DNA from: Candidatus Methylomirabilis limnetica | Lineage (GTDB): Bacteria > Methylomirabilota > Methylomirabilia > Methylomirabilales > Methylomirabilaceae | Length of the DNA: 32,000 bases | Direction: 5' to 3' | NCBI RefSeq assembly: GCF_003044035.1 | Contig: NZ_NVQC01000022.1 | Span: forward strand, 210,001-242,000 | In this document: positions 9,594-18,206 of the stretch, piece after piece | Position numbering within the stretch: the first letter of the stretch is position 1 | Layout of the letters: the number at the start of each line of letters is the position of its first letter | The notes under the pieces: generated by a model | The model's database searches: none | What the model saw: only the letters and a program-made list of their open reading frames with translations | Told to the model about the DNA's origin: nothing | Position numbers and translations under genes: made by a program

Positions 9594-11054
9594 TTAGCCA
9601 ACGTTTCCCTCGAGGCTCACGCCCAGCAGCTTCTGGGCTTCTACGGCAAACTCCATCGGCAGCTCGCGCAAGACCGTCCTGCAAAAGCCGTTAACGATCA
9701 GATTGACGGCATCCTCAGCCGAGATCCCGCGCTGCTTGCAGTAGAAGAGCTGATCCTCACCGATCTTGGACGTTGACGCTTCGTGCTCGAGCTGCGAGGA
9801 GTTGTTATGCACCTCGAGGTACGGGAAGGTATGGGCGCCGCACTGATCGCCGAGCAGCAAGGAGTCGCACTGCGAGTAGTTCCGGGCGCCGGTCGCCCCC
9901 TTCATGATCTTGACCAGTCCCCGGTAGCTGTTCTGCCCGTGACCGGAGGAGATCCCCTTTGAGATGATAGTGCTCCTGGTGCGCTTGCCGATATGGATCA
10001 TCTTGGTGCCGGTATCCGCCTGCTGGTAGTGGTTGGTCAGCGCTACCGAGTAGAACTCCCCGATCGAATCATCGCCCTGCAGGATGCAGCTCGGGTACTT
10101 CCAGGTGATCGCCGAGCCGGTCTCCACCTGCGTCCAGGAGATCCTGGCGCGCTTCCCCATGCACTTGCCCCGCTTGGTGACAAAGTTGTAGATGCCGCCC
10201 TTCCCTTCCTTGTCGCCCGGATACCAGTTCTGGACCGTCGAGTACTTGATCTGGGCGTCATCGTGGGCGATCAGCTCCACGACCGCCGCGTGCAACTGAT
10301 TCTCGTCCCGCATCGGGGCGGTACACCCCTCCAGGTAGCTCACATAGGCCCCTTCATCGGCGATGATCAGGGTCCGCTCGAACTGGCCCGTCTGGGCGGC
10401 GTTGATGCGGAAGTAGGTCGAAAGCTCCATCGGGCAGCGCACGCCTTTCGGGATATAACAAAACGACCCGTCGCTGAAGACGGCGGAGTTCAGCGTTGCA
10501 AAGAAATTATCGGTGTAGGGCACCACCGACCCAAGGTACTTTCTGACCAGGTCCGGGTGATTCTGCACCGCCTCGGAAAAGGAGCCAAAGATAATCCCGA
10601 GTTCAGCCAGCTTCCCCTTGAACGTCGTAGCAACCGAGACGCTGTCAAACACCGCATCAACCGCGATGCCGCTGAGCCGCTTCCGCTCCGACAGGGGAAT
10701 GCCCAGCTTCGCGAACGTCTCCAGCAGCTTCGGATCGACCTCATCGAGACTCTTGGGTCCTTCCGTCTGCTGCTTAGGCGCCGCATAGTACCGGATGCCC
10801 TGGTAGTCGATGGGCGGATATTTGACGTTGGCCCACTTCGGCTCCGCCTCTGACTTTTCCAGCTTCACCCAATGCCGGTAGGCCTTCAAGCGCCACTGAA
10901 GCATCCAGTCGGGCTCATTTTTCTTGGCAGAGATGAGACGGACGGTATCCTCGTTCAGTCCGTGAGGAACGGACTCCTCTTCGATCTCCGTCACAAACCC
11001 GTACTTGTATTCCTGGTTGGCCAGGGCCTCGATCGCCTTCGAGCTACTACTCAC
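9594..11054 (-). CDS. sufB: Fe-S cluster assembly scaffold SufB
   Basis: 486 aa with highly characteristic SufB blocks ([44 protein letters not shown]). Confidence 0.95.
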   Translation of the reverse strand: MSSSSKAIEALANQEYKYGFVTEIEEESVPHGLNEDTVRLISAKKNEPDWMLQWRLKAYRHWVKLEKSEAEPKWANVKYPPIDYQGIRYYAAPKQQTEGPKSLDEVDPKLLETFAKLGIPLSERKRLSGIAVDAVFDSVSVATTFKGKLAELGIIFGSFSEAVQNHPDLVRKYLGSVVPYTDNFFATLNSAVFSDGSFCYIPKGVRCPMELSTYFRINAAQTGQFERTLIIADEGAYVSYLEGCTAPMRDENQLHAAVVELIAHDDAQIKYSTVQNWYPGDKEGKGGIYNFVTKRGKCMGKRARISWTQVETGSAITWKYPSCILQGDDSIGEFYSVALTNHYQQADTGTKMIHIGKRTRSTIISKGISSGHGQNSYRGLVKIMKGATGARNYSQCDSLLLGDQCGAHTFPYLEVHNNSSQLEHEASTSKIGEDQLFYCKQRGISAEDAVNLIVNGFCRTVLRELPMEFAVEAQKLLGVSLEGNVG

Positions 11055-11264
11055 GCCCTCTCCTGCTTCTGCTCTTTTTGAATCTCAAATAGCGGGGGCC
11101 TCTTCACCGGTCCCGGTGCTTGGGGCCAGCCAGCCCTCTCGCCAATAACGCTTAATATTAGCGCCATCGGCCTCTTTTTTCCACACCTTTTCCGTGTCGC
11201 GCCCTATCGCATCAATCACCACCACCGGTGGCCTCTGGAGCGTGCCTGCAACCGCCTCGACGAT

Positions 11265-11603
11265 TCAGGCGGCTCTTTCGGTCTCGACCTCGTGCTGGAT
11301 CCGGTCAAGCCAAGCCTCCGTGCGATCCCCCCAGTCCGACACGTCCATGCCCAGCAGCCGCTCAATGTCAATAGCTGACATGAACTCCCGGACCGTGAAG
11401 CCGCAGTGCGAACACCGCTTATAGTAAAACCTGCTATCGTCCTCCACCTGTACCTGTCCGATCCGATTCATACGGGCCTGGCAACATCGGCTCGGCATAG
11501 GAGGAGAGATGATCCTATGAGGGTAGCTGTTTCTGGCCTTCTTCTCCGCAGAGTATTCGATAATGCTGACCATCTGACCCCCCTGGGGCAATTGTTCCTT
11601 CAT
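11265..11603 (-). CDS. Hypothetical small zinc-ribbon protein (start uncertain: 11603, 11573 or 11735)
   Basis: The ORF contains SRCCQARMNRIG...YYKRCSHCGFTVREF, which loosely resembles an Ogr/Delta-type zinc ribbon. It sits between the receiver gene and sufB. No firm family call. Confidence 0.35.
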   Translation of the reverse strand: MKEQLPQGGQMVSIIEYSAEKKARNSYPHRIISPPMPSRCCQARMNRIGQVQVEDDSRFYYKRCSHCGFTVREFMSAIDIERLLGMDVSDWGDRTEAWLDRIQHEVETERAA

Positions 11604-11745
11604 CCCACCTCGTGGATCAGAAACGGATTTGCTCCGTCCATAGTGACGAAATACGTGAAGATGATGATTTGGACTGCTCATTTTATCACTCCAATCCAAC
11701 CTTGCGAGATCCCTCTGAAAGAGAGAGCCCTTCAATCAATCCCCA

Positions 11746-12174
11746 TCATTGTACTGATCCCGCGCCAGACGGAAACCTGGTCCTTTCGGTCTCCGACAAC
11801 CCGGCCAAGAGCACCTGCATCGCCTCGGTAGATCCTGGCGGTAGCATCGCATAGGAGACTCCTTTGTGGGAGACGACCCGCGCATCCACCTGGGGCTTCG
11901 TCGAAACCGCCACAATCGGCAGCGTCGGGGCCAACTCCTTGATGGCTGCGACGATCAGGAGGCCGTCAAGCCCAGGCGTATCCAAATCCAGGATCAGGAG
12001 ATCGGCATCCATGACCTCGACCACCCCCAGAGCCTCCAGCCCGCACTCACAGACCGTAAGGCGATACCCGTCTTTGCTGAACGCTCTGGATGCCGCGTCC
12101 ACCAGACCCGTATTATTCGAACACAACATTACATGCATGTTTACCGATCCCTCATCTGGCCTGACAACTAACAA
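11746..12174 (-). CDS. Single-domain response regulator (CheY-like receiver)
   Basis: DLLILDLDTPGLDG (phospho-acceptor Asp region), PIVAVS, and a conserved K region. An alternative start at 12138 is preceded by GAGGGA. Confidence 0.75.
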   Translation of the reverse strand: MLVVRPDEGSVNMHVMLCSNNTGLVDAASRAFSKDGYRLTVCECGLEALGVVEVMDADLLILDLDTPGLDGLLIVAAIKELAPTLPIVAVSTKPQVDARVVSHKGVSYAMLPPGSTEAMQVLLAGLSETERTRFPSGAGSVQ

Positions 12175-12292
12175 TCACTTCATATAGCAAAGATCGTACC
12201 AGCCAAATGGGCCAGCAAAATGGGGAAGGATACCTATCTAACTATATATGACTAAAGGAACGATGTGAATCAAGGGAGGATTCCCTCGTCAC

Positions 12293-12346
12293 GGGAACTC
12301 TTCAGGAGGGTGGGAATTCTTCCGAGGGGGTCGGAGTTTCTCCTGG
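12293..12346. repeat. Degenerate tandem ~20-bp repeat (GGGAAyTCTTCmGrGGGGT, about 2.7 units) abutting element copy 1
   Basis: gggaactcttcaggagggt at 12293-12311, gggaattcttccgagggggt at 12312-12331, and a partial third unit cggagtttctcctggg. Confidence 0.5.
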
Positions 12347-12645
12347 GATAATAGGGACAGACACTATTATCGTGACGATTCGTGGTGTGTACGGTCATGA
12401 TCGTGCATGCCACGGATTACCTGAGCCGTTGCATCCGGCCACCCGTATCATGTGAGGCAACGAGGGAATGATCACCAGGCGGTCGTTCGGAACGACAGCG
12501 ATTCGAAGGCACACGATGACAGAGCGGCCACTGCAAAGAGACGGGTTCATCTGGGAGGTGCGCAGGACACTGGACGAGTAATACACGTGTTGCAGAGGGG
12601 AAGACCAAGAAAGGGTTTCAATAAATAGTGTCTGTCCCTATTATC
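12347..12645 (+). mobile_element. Non-autonomous ~290-bp element (MITE/PATE-like mini-REPtron), copy 1, inverted relative to copies 2-5
   Basis: Ends GATAATAGGGACAGACACTATTATC and AATAGTGTCTGTCCCTATTATC are inverted repeats, and each can fold as a hairpin. The interior carries ATGCCACGGATTACC...CACCCGTATCATGTGAGGCAACGAGGGAATGATCACCAG, a RayT-like MPRIT..HPYHVRQRGNDHQ N-terminus broken by a stop or frameshift. Confidence 0.8.
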
Positions 12646-12676
12646 GCCTCAGCCTAGTTTTTCTTAGCCTGCTCGC

Positions 12677-15600
12677 TTATGGCTGGCCCTGATCCGGTCT
12701 GCGGTCGGGGGCCTGGCCACCACCCGAGCGCAGGTCACCGGGCAGGTCTAGGATCCGCTTGAAGATCCCGAGAACCCCTCGCTCGACCGACTGAGTCGGG
12801 ATGCCCTCAACCGCCGGCTGGGTTATGGGTCCGTGAATTCGAAACGAGATTACCAGAATGCTCTTCTCTTTCCCGAAGAGGAGCGTTCCGATCTTAAGCT
12901 CCTTCATGATCGGCAGTTCGCTGGTTGCCTTGAGAGCCTCGTCGGTGAGGCTCAGCGGTCGCACCGCGAGGACCACATCGACCGTGCGATGAGCTAAGTC
13001 AAACTGGCCGACGCCCCCGGCACGCAGGGCCGTACTCCGTAGCTTCAGGTCCTCCGTTCTCGCGATCCCATCCTTGAGATTGAAGGTCGCGCTGATGTCA
13101 TCGTAGGGCATCCCTTTCCCTTCTGGCCCCTTCTTGAAGAGCCCAGTGAGGTTGGTCATCCTCAGAACCTTCTCGATCATGAAAGAGCGTTGAATCCTCC
13201 CATCGACCATCTCGATCCGCACTCGCCCCCCAAGGGAGCGAAGAAAATACTCACCCCCTCCAGCCGTGACTACCCCGCTTGCCCGCACCTGTCCCGTCGC
13301 AAGAAATGAGTCCTGATCCTTGACGATTCGCTCGGCGCGACCCTCCTCCATGGTCAACTGAATTCGCCAGCGCCACCCGGGCTGCTCAAGTCTACCCTGG
13401 ACCGTCGCGCCCAGCGTCCCACCACCCCAGCGAGCCTGCAAATGGGTGGTCTCGACAGACGTCTCTTTGAACTGGATCTCTCCCGCAAGATGTTCCAGGG
13501 GCCCTGGATGCCCCCGAACGGTGAGCGAGGCGTCTTTCGTGCGGAGATGTCCACGATAGCGAGGAAGCCGTTGAGTCCCCTGAATCCTCACATCCAGGTC
13601 CAGCACCCCTGTGGCGTCGAGGCCATCGGGGAGCAGGGCGCTGGCCAGTGCCCCGGAGACAGCCCCTCGGATTGTCACGTCCATTTCCTCACCGATGGTC
13701 CCCCCCACGGTGACCTCAGTCCCCTCGCCTCGAAGCGACAGCGCTGAGATCATAAGTCGCCCTCCTTGAAACGCGAGACGGGTCCGATCCTGGGTCCGAA
13801 AGGCGTGCCCTCGGAAATTCAGTTGGGCCGTTTCGAGGTCCACGGTCACCCGCTCAGGCCTCTGCTCCCCGAGCCGACCGCCGATTTCGATCCGTCCTGA
13901 ACCGACTCCGTCCATCTGATTGGGAAGGGAAGCCCCGACGATCCTCAGAAGGGACCCAAGATCGCCCTTCTCCAGCGTGAGAGTTCCCTCGTATGGGCTG
14001 GCGCCCGTGGCCGTGACCACGCCTTGGAGCATGTAGCCTCGGTCAGGGAGGCTCAGGAGTCCCGTCATGCGCGCCCGAGCCCCTTCCCAGGTCAGGGTGC
14101 CGTGCCCTCGGCCGAGGCTTGTCCCCCGGTAGGCCAGGTCCCCAACCTCGAGTGTCGTCGTGACGTTTGGTTGGCCGATCGGTCCTTCCCCTTTGGCCGA
14201 GGCCCGCACCGTCCCCGTGAGCCCTGAATTCCGGAGGAGCGCCAGGCGTTCAATAGCGATCCGATTCGAGCTCAAGTCGAACTGTGACACACCATTGAAG
14301 CCTACCTCGAAGCGACCTGCGATCATCTCGCCTCCCCGGTGCAGTTCGAGGCCCTCAAGGCGAAGCCCTCTCTGATCGAGGTGCACAGTGGCGCGCCCTC
14401 GGTCCCAGTGCTCCTTGAGGATAAGGGCGTTCGTGAGCGTCACCGTGCCCTGTCCGTGGAGGGTTTCTGGCGTTCCTCGGATCTGCCCTTTGAGGGTGGC
14501 CTGTCCGGCAAGCGCGTGAGGATCGATGCCCACGAGGCGCCCGGTGTGCTCGAGCTGCGGGAAGTGGGCGTACACGCTGAGACTTACCTCCCCGTTCGGC
14601 TGAACGACGCCCTCGGCTTGCAGGCGCGCGCGGCCAATTTCGACCGTGCCCTGCCGGACGTGGATCCGACCATCTCGAGCTTCAAGGACGAACTGACCAT
14701 GACCCCGCTCTTCGGGGCGATCGATGAGATACAACTCCGCGATGCGGATGTGGGCCTGGCCTCGCAGCCCCCTGAGGTCAGCCCCTTCGCCCGTCGCCTG
14801 AATCTGGATCGTGGCCTGCCCACCCACCGGAGTCTTTTCCGTAAAGAGGCGCAGGATGTCGGCCAAATCGACCTGCTCCCCGCGCAGGGCGAGGCGGTAT
14901 CGAAGCTTCTCCCAGATAAGCATGATGTCTCCGGTCAGATCGCCTCTCGCCGTTCGTAGGGTAAGCTCCTGTAGGCGAAGCTCACGGCGATTTGCCAGAA
15001 CCGCGACGGTCATTCCCGACATAGCGACCTGCTCGATCTGCCCGTTGCCCACTGCGGCGGAACCGGTGAAAGAGGGATCTGTCAGGGGTCCTGTCGCCTT
15101 CCCCTCAAGCAGGACAGCCCCCCTAAGGGGAATGGGCAGATTCAGTGGAAAAAGCCCGTCAAGCCCACCACGCGCCTGCATGGTCAGATCAAGTGTCGCG
15201 TCGGTCAGGAAGTTGTGGATGCGACCCGCTCCCTGAACGGCGGCCCCCAGGACGGAGAGGTGGAATTGCTTGACCTGGATGTCGCCTCCGTCAACCTCCG
15301 CCCTCAGGGTGAGATCGCGAAGGAGGAACGGCGTTGCTCCTCCTTGGATCTTGCTCTCTTCAATCTTGAGCGTCCCTCCGACCACCCCTGCGGTTGCTCG
15401 CAGGTCGGCGTGGAGCCCGACCAGTGTCAGTTCGATGCCGGAGTCTCGCCAGAGGACCGATCCGTCCCGGATCTCCACGTGCTCGATGCCGACCGGCAGG
15501 AGAACGGGCATCGGTGAGCCCGGTTCCGTCTGTGGGCGTGGCAGTTCTAACCGAACGATGGGGTGACGCAGCACGATCCGGCCAAGGCGGAGGCGGAACC

Positions 15601-15967
15601 GAAGGAGGTCCATCAGGTTCGGATAAAGTTGCACCTCCTCAATCTTTGCGAGGACTCCGTCCTGGAGCCGCTCCCGGCTCGCGATTCGGACGTCCCGGAG
15701 ATTCAATGATCGGAGGACCGCGCTCACGCGTACCTCGCCGATCTGGACCTCATGGTCGAATCGTGCCTGGACCTCGGACTGGATTCGGGATCGAATCTTC
15801 GCCTGAATAGAGTGAGTCCGCAGCAGCAGGGAGATACTGCCAAGCACGAAGAGGATGAGTCCCGCCACGATTCCAATCGTGATGACGACCCACCGGGCCC
15901 GGCCAGTCACAGGCAGTGGCACGAGAGGCATACGATGCAATGACTTACCCGTCACGCCGGTATCCAA
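12677..15967 (-). CDS. AsmA/TamB-family large envelope protein (N-terminal TM anchor)
   Basis: 1096 aa. N-terminal hydrophobic helix WVVITIGIVAGLILFVLGSISLLL, a long repetitive beta-rich body, and a C-terminal region resembling the DUF490/AsmA C-terminus. The family call rests on architecture only. Confidence 0.65.
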   Translation of the reverse strand: MDTGVTGKSLHRMPLVPLPVTGRARWVVITIGIVAGLILFVLGSISLLLRTHSIQAKIRSRIQSEVQARFDHEVQIGEVRVSAVLRSLNLRDVRIASRERLQDGVLAKIEEVQLYPNLMDLLRFRLRLGRIVLRHPIVRLELPRPQTEPGSPMPVLLPVGIEHVEIRDGSVLWRDSGIELTLVGLHADLRATAGVVGGTLKIEESKIQGGATPFLLRDLTLRAEVDGGDIQVKQFHLSVLGAAVQGAGRIHNFLTDATLDLTMQARGGLDGLFPLNLPIPLRGAVLLEGKATGPLTDPSFTGSAAVGNGQIEQVAMSGMTVAVLANRRELRLQELTLRTARGDLTGDIMLIWEKLRYRLALRGEQVDLADILRLFTEKTPVGGQATIQIQATGEGADLRGLRGQAHIRIAELYLIDRPEERGHGQFVLEARDGRIHVRQGTVEIGRARLQAEGVVQPNGEVSLSVYAHFPQLEHTGRLVGIDPHALAGQATLKGQIRGTPETLHGQGTVTLTNALILKEHWDRGRATVHLDQRGLRLEGLELHRGGEMIAGRFEVGFNGVSQFDLSSNRIAIERLALLRNSGLTGTVRASAKGEGPIGQPNVTTTLEVGDLAYRGTSLGRGHGTLTWEGARARMTGLLSLPDRGYMLQGVVTATGASPYEGTLTLEKGDLGSLLRIVGASLPNQMDGVGSGRIEIGGRLGEQRPERVTVDLETAQLNFRGHAFRTQDRTRLAFQGGRLMISALSLRGEGTEVTVGGTIGEEMDVTIRGAVSGALASALLPDGLDATGVLDLDVRIQGTQRLPRYRGHLRTKDASLTVRGHPGPLEHLAGEIQFKETSVETTHLQARWGGGTLGATVQGRLEQPGWRWRIQLTMEEGRAERIVKDQDSFLATGQVRASGVVTAGGGEYFLRSLGGRVRIEMVDGRIQRSFMIEKVLRMTNLTGLFKKGPEGKGMPYDDISATFNLKDGIARTEDLKLRSTALRAGGVGQFDLAHRTVDVVLAVRPLSLTDEALKATSELPIMKELKIGTLLFGKEKSILVISFRIHGPITQPAVEGIPTQSVERGVLGIFKRILDLPGDLRSGGGQAPDRRPDQGQP

Positions 15968-15989
15968 GACGAATCATCCGCACTTCTCT

Positions 15990-16289
15990 GTTGAGATCCC
16001 CCCTGTTACGAGCAATTATATTCTGGTGGAAACTTTTGCGCTTTTGCAAAATCGCCTCGGCATGGAAGCGGCACGAGCATTTCAGGACGATATACTCCCG
16101 CTGATCAACATTGAGTTTATTGCCTCGGGTACACATCGATCCGGGGTCGCGGCCCTTCTGTCTGCATCAAGACGAGATCTCAGCATAGTGGATTGTGTCA
16201 GCTTTGAGGTCATGCGCACATCAGGGATTAACACCGTCTTTGCCTTCGACAAGCATTTTAAAGAGCAAGGGTTTACCAATATAGCCTGA
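15990..16289 (+). pseudogene. N-terminally truncated PIN-domain toxin (vapC remnant)
   Basis: The C-terminal two-thirds of a VapC-like PIN domain is present (VTSNYILVETFALLQNRLG...DLSIVDCVSFEVMRTSGINTVFAFDKHFKEQGF). The first acidic-residue block and any vapB partner are missing. The upstream part of the ORF overlaps the asmA-like gene start. Confidence 0.55.
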
Positions 16290-16354
16290 CTCTCGTAACC
16301 TTGCCTAGGGCCATTCACTGGCCCGGCCTCCGCTTAGTTGCCGCCACTAACTGA

Positions 16355-16480
16355 TGCCTGGACCAAGCGATCCGCGAGGATCTCTACTACCGCCTCAATG
16401 TCATCACTGTCTCGCTTCCACCACTCAGAGACCACCCCGAGGATATCGCCCCCTTAACTAATCGCTTCCTGGCCCAATAA
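16355..16480 (+). pseudogene. ~40-codon fragment of a sigma54-dependent (NtrC-family) AAA+ activator
   Basis: In-frame translation [40 protein letters not shown] matches the conserved [20 protein letters not shown] block. There is a stop directly upstream (16352) and no rest of the gene. Confidence 0.6.
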
Positions 16481-16732
16481 GACTGATCCGCGTGTGGTTC
16501 GCCTGGCTCACCATGAGCGGAGGGAGACATCCACGGCATGCATGACTTATGCAAGGATCAATAATTATTTCGGTTCTTCCGGCACTAGCGTGGGTACAAG
16601 AGGGCTCAATATCCCTTCTGGGGAATAGGGTAGCTGTGCTCCTACCCCTTGAGGGGAGAGGATGAAGGTGGGGGTGATCGGATCCTGGAAGGCCCGGGTA
16701 CCCACGGAACATCCGGAAGAAGCATTATTTTC

Positions 16733-16769
16733 TTGACGTATTAGTCATATATATACTACTAAGGAGTAG
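16733..16769 (+). promoter_or_regulatory. lexA promoter/operator region
   Basis: TTGACG at 16733-16738 is followed by GTATTAGTCAT. Imperfect 22-bp palindrome TTAGTcaTATATATAcTACTAA at 16741-16762. Palindrome CTACT-N4-AGTAG at 16756-16769. RBS AGGGAG at 16789 and ATG at 16800. Confidence 0.4.
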
Positions 16770-16799
16770 AGGTTCAGAGGAGAAAATCAGGGAGACTCG

Positions 16800-17393
16800 A
16801 TGGTACTCACCGACCGGCAGCGGCAGATCCTGACTTTCATCGCCACCTATAAGGCCCGGCATGGTGCCCCCCCGACGCAGCGCGAGATCGCCCAGCACTT
16901 GAAGATCTATATTCGGGGCGTCCAGTATCACCTCGAGCGTATGGAGAAGGCCGGCCATCTCACCCGCACGCCCAAGCGGGCGCGGGCCATCGAACTGCGC
17001 CAGGAGCAACGCACCACCCTCACGCCTCTACTCGGTCGGGTGGCGGCCGGCCGGCCGGTCCTGGCCGAAGAGCATATCGAGGCCACGTACCCGCTTCCCC
17101 AGGAATGGACCGGTAGCGGGAAGACCTTCCTCTTAAAGGTTCATGGCGACAGCATGCGCGATGCCCGCATCTTTGACGGCGACCTCGTGCTCGTGGCGGC
17201 GCAGCCGGAGGCCCACCCTGGCGAGATCGTTGTGGCCATGGTCGAGAACGAGGCCACGGTCAAGCGCTTCCAGACGGACGGCACGACGGTCGTCCTCATG
17301 CCGGAGAACGAGGCGTTCGCGCCGATCAGGATCACGCAAGAGCAGCGTTTTCAGATCCTGGGTAAGGTCATCGGCGTCTATCGGAAGCTGTAG
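16800..17393 (+). CDS. lexA: LexA repressor (S24 peptidase)
   Basis: 197 aa. Winged-helix N-terminus (TDRQRQILTFI...REIAQHL), cleavage site VAAGRP, catalytic Ser in HGDSM and Lys in ATVKRF. Confidence 0.9.
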   Translation: MVLTDRQRQILTFIATYKARHGAPPTQREIAQHLKIYIRGVQYHLERMEKAGHLTRTPKRARAIELRQEQRTTLTPLLGRVAAGRPVLAEEHIEATYPLPQEWTGSGKTFLLKVHGDSMRDARIFDGDLVLVAAQPEAHPGEIVVAMVENEATVKRFQTDGTTVVLMPENEAFAPIRITQEQRFQILGKVIGVYRKL

Positions 17394-17395
17394 TC

Positions 17396-18100
17396 ATGCA
17401 ACGTGTGCTTACGCCCAAGCCGCCCTTGTCCCAGTTCACCTGCGCCCTCGACCGGTGGAGCGCGCAGGGTGGCCTCGTCCTGCTCTATGGCAGTGAAGAT
17501 GTCCTCGCCTATGCCCTATTGGCGATCGCCTCGCTGCTCGCCAAAGGAGAGCATGTCGTCTTCATCGATTCGGCCAACACCGTCAACCCCTTCCTGATCG
17601 CCGAGGTCGCGACGCGCATGAACAGGCAGCCGAAAGAGCTCCTCGACTGCCTCCATATTTCACGGACCTTCACCGTCCATCAACTGGAGGCCCTCATCAC
17701 GGAACGCATCGCCAGAGCCCTGCACACCTATGCCTCACGCATCCTGATCGCCTCCGGCTTTCTCCACAACCTCTATGATGAAGACGTGGCGCCGCGGGAG
17801 GCTTGGCGGATCTTCAGAAAAGCGGTGGCCCATCTGCGGGCGCTGGCCGATGCAGGCACCCTCGTCCTGGTGGTCTGTCCCACACCAGCCGCTCGTAGTG
17901 AGCCAGGTCGAACCATCCGTCTCCGTGACCGGGACGGGCTGCTGGATGCCCTGATCGCCACGGCCGATCGAGTTGTCAAGCTGGTCACCTCCACTACTTC
18001 GGCTACGCTCAGTACAGGGCTCTCCCTGGAAAAGTCGGTCATGGTGAGGAGCACAGCTAAAAGACTTGACCGCCTCTCAGGTTTGGCATACGAAACGTAA
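17396..18100 (+). CDS. ImuA/SulA-like inactivated RecA-fold protein
   Basis: Starts 2 nt after the lexA stop. It has RecA/KaiC-like topology (LVLLYGSEDVLAYALLAIASLLAKGEHVVFIDSANTVNP...LHISRTFTVHQLEALI...RILIASGFLHNLY), but the Walker A GKT is replaced by GSEDVLAY. Confidence 0.5.
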   Translation: MQRVLTPKPPLSQFTCALDRWSAQGGLVLLYGSEDVLAYALLAIASLLAKGEHVVFIDSANTVNPFLIAEVATRMNRQPKELLDCLHISRTFTVHQLEALITERIARALHTYASRILIASGFLHNLYDEDVAPREAWRIFRKAVAHLRALADAGTLVLVVCPTPAARSEPGRTIRLRDRDGLLDALIATADRVVKLVTSTTSATLSTGLSLEKSVMVRSTAKRLDRLSGLAYET

Positions 18101-18206
18101 GCGGCTTACTGAATAGTTATACGTCGCAAGCATAGTTGTTCACATGCACCTGCGCCAGTTGATCGCAGTACAGAACAATCGGGGTTATCTGCGGACAGGA
18201 GTCTTG

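Noticed and set aside
6767-10853. Long plus-strand ORFs (6767..7453, 7663..8484, 8907..9776, 9993..10853)
   Set aside because: All are antisense to strongly conserved sufS, sufD, sufC and sufB. Their composition is low-complexity and Arg/Leu/Gly-rich, and they have no motifs.
11194-11424. 76-aa plus-strand ORF in the sufB upstream spacer
   Set aside because: It overlaps the more plausible minus-strand zinc-ribbon ORF and has no RBS or motif.
13354-15943. Multiple 60-200-aa ORFs on both strands inside the asmA-like gene
   Set aside because: They are shadows or alternate frames of a 1096-aa ORF with coherent architecture. None has an RBS or motif.
16334-16350. TTAGT-N7-ACTAA palindrome about 450 bp upstream of lexA, considered as an additional operator
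   Set aside because: The 5-bp arms are too short to be meaningful. The spacing differs from the lexA-proximal palindrome, and it lies inside pseudogene debris.
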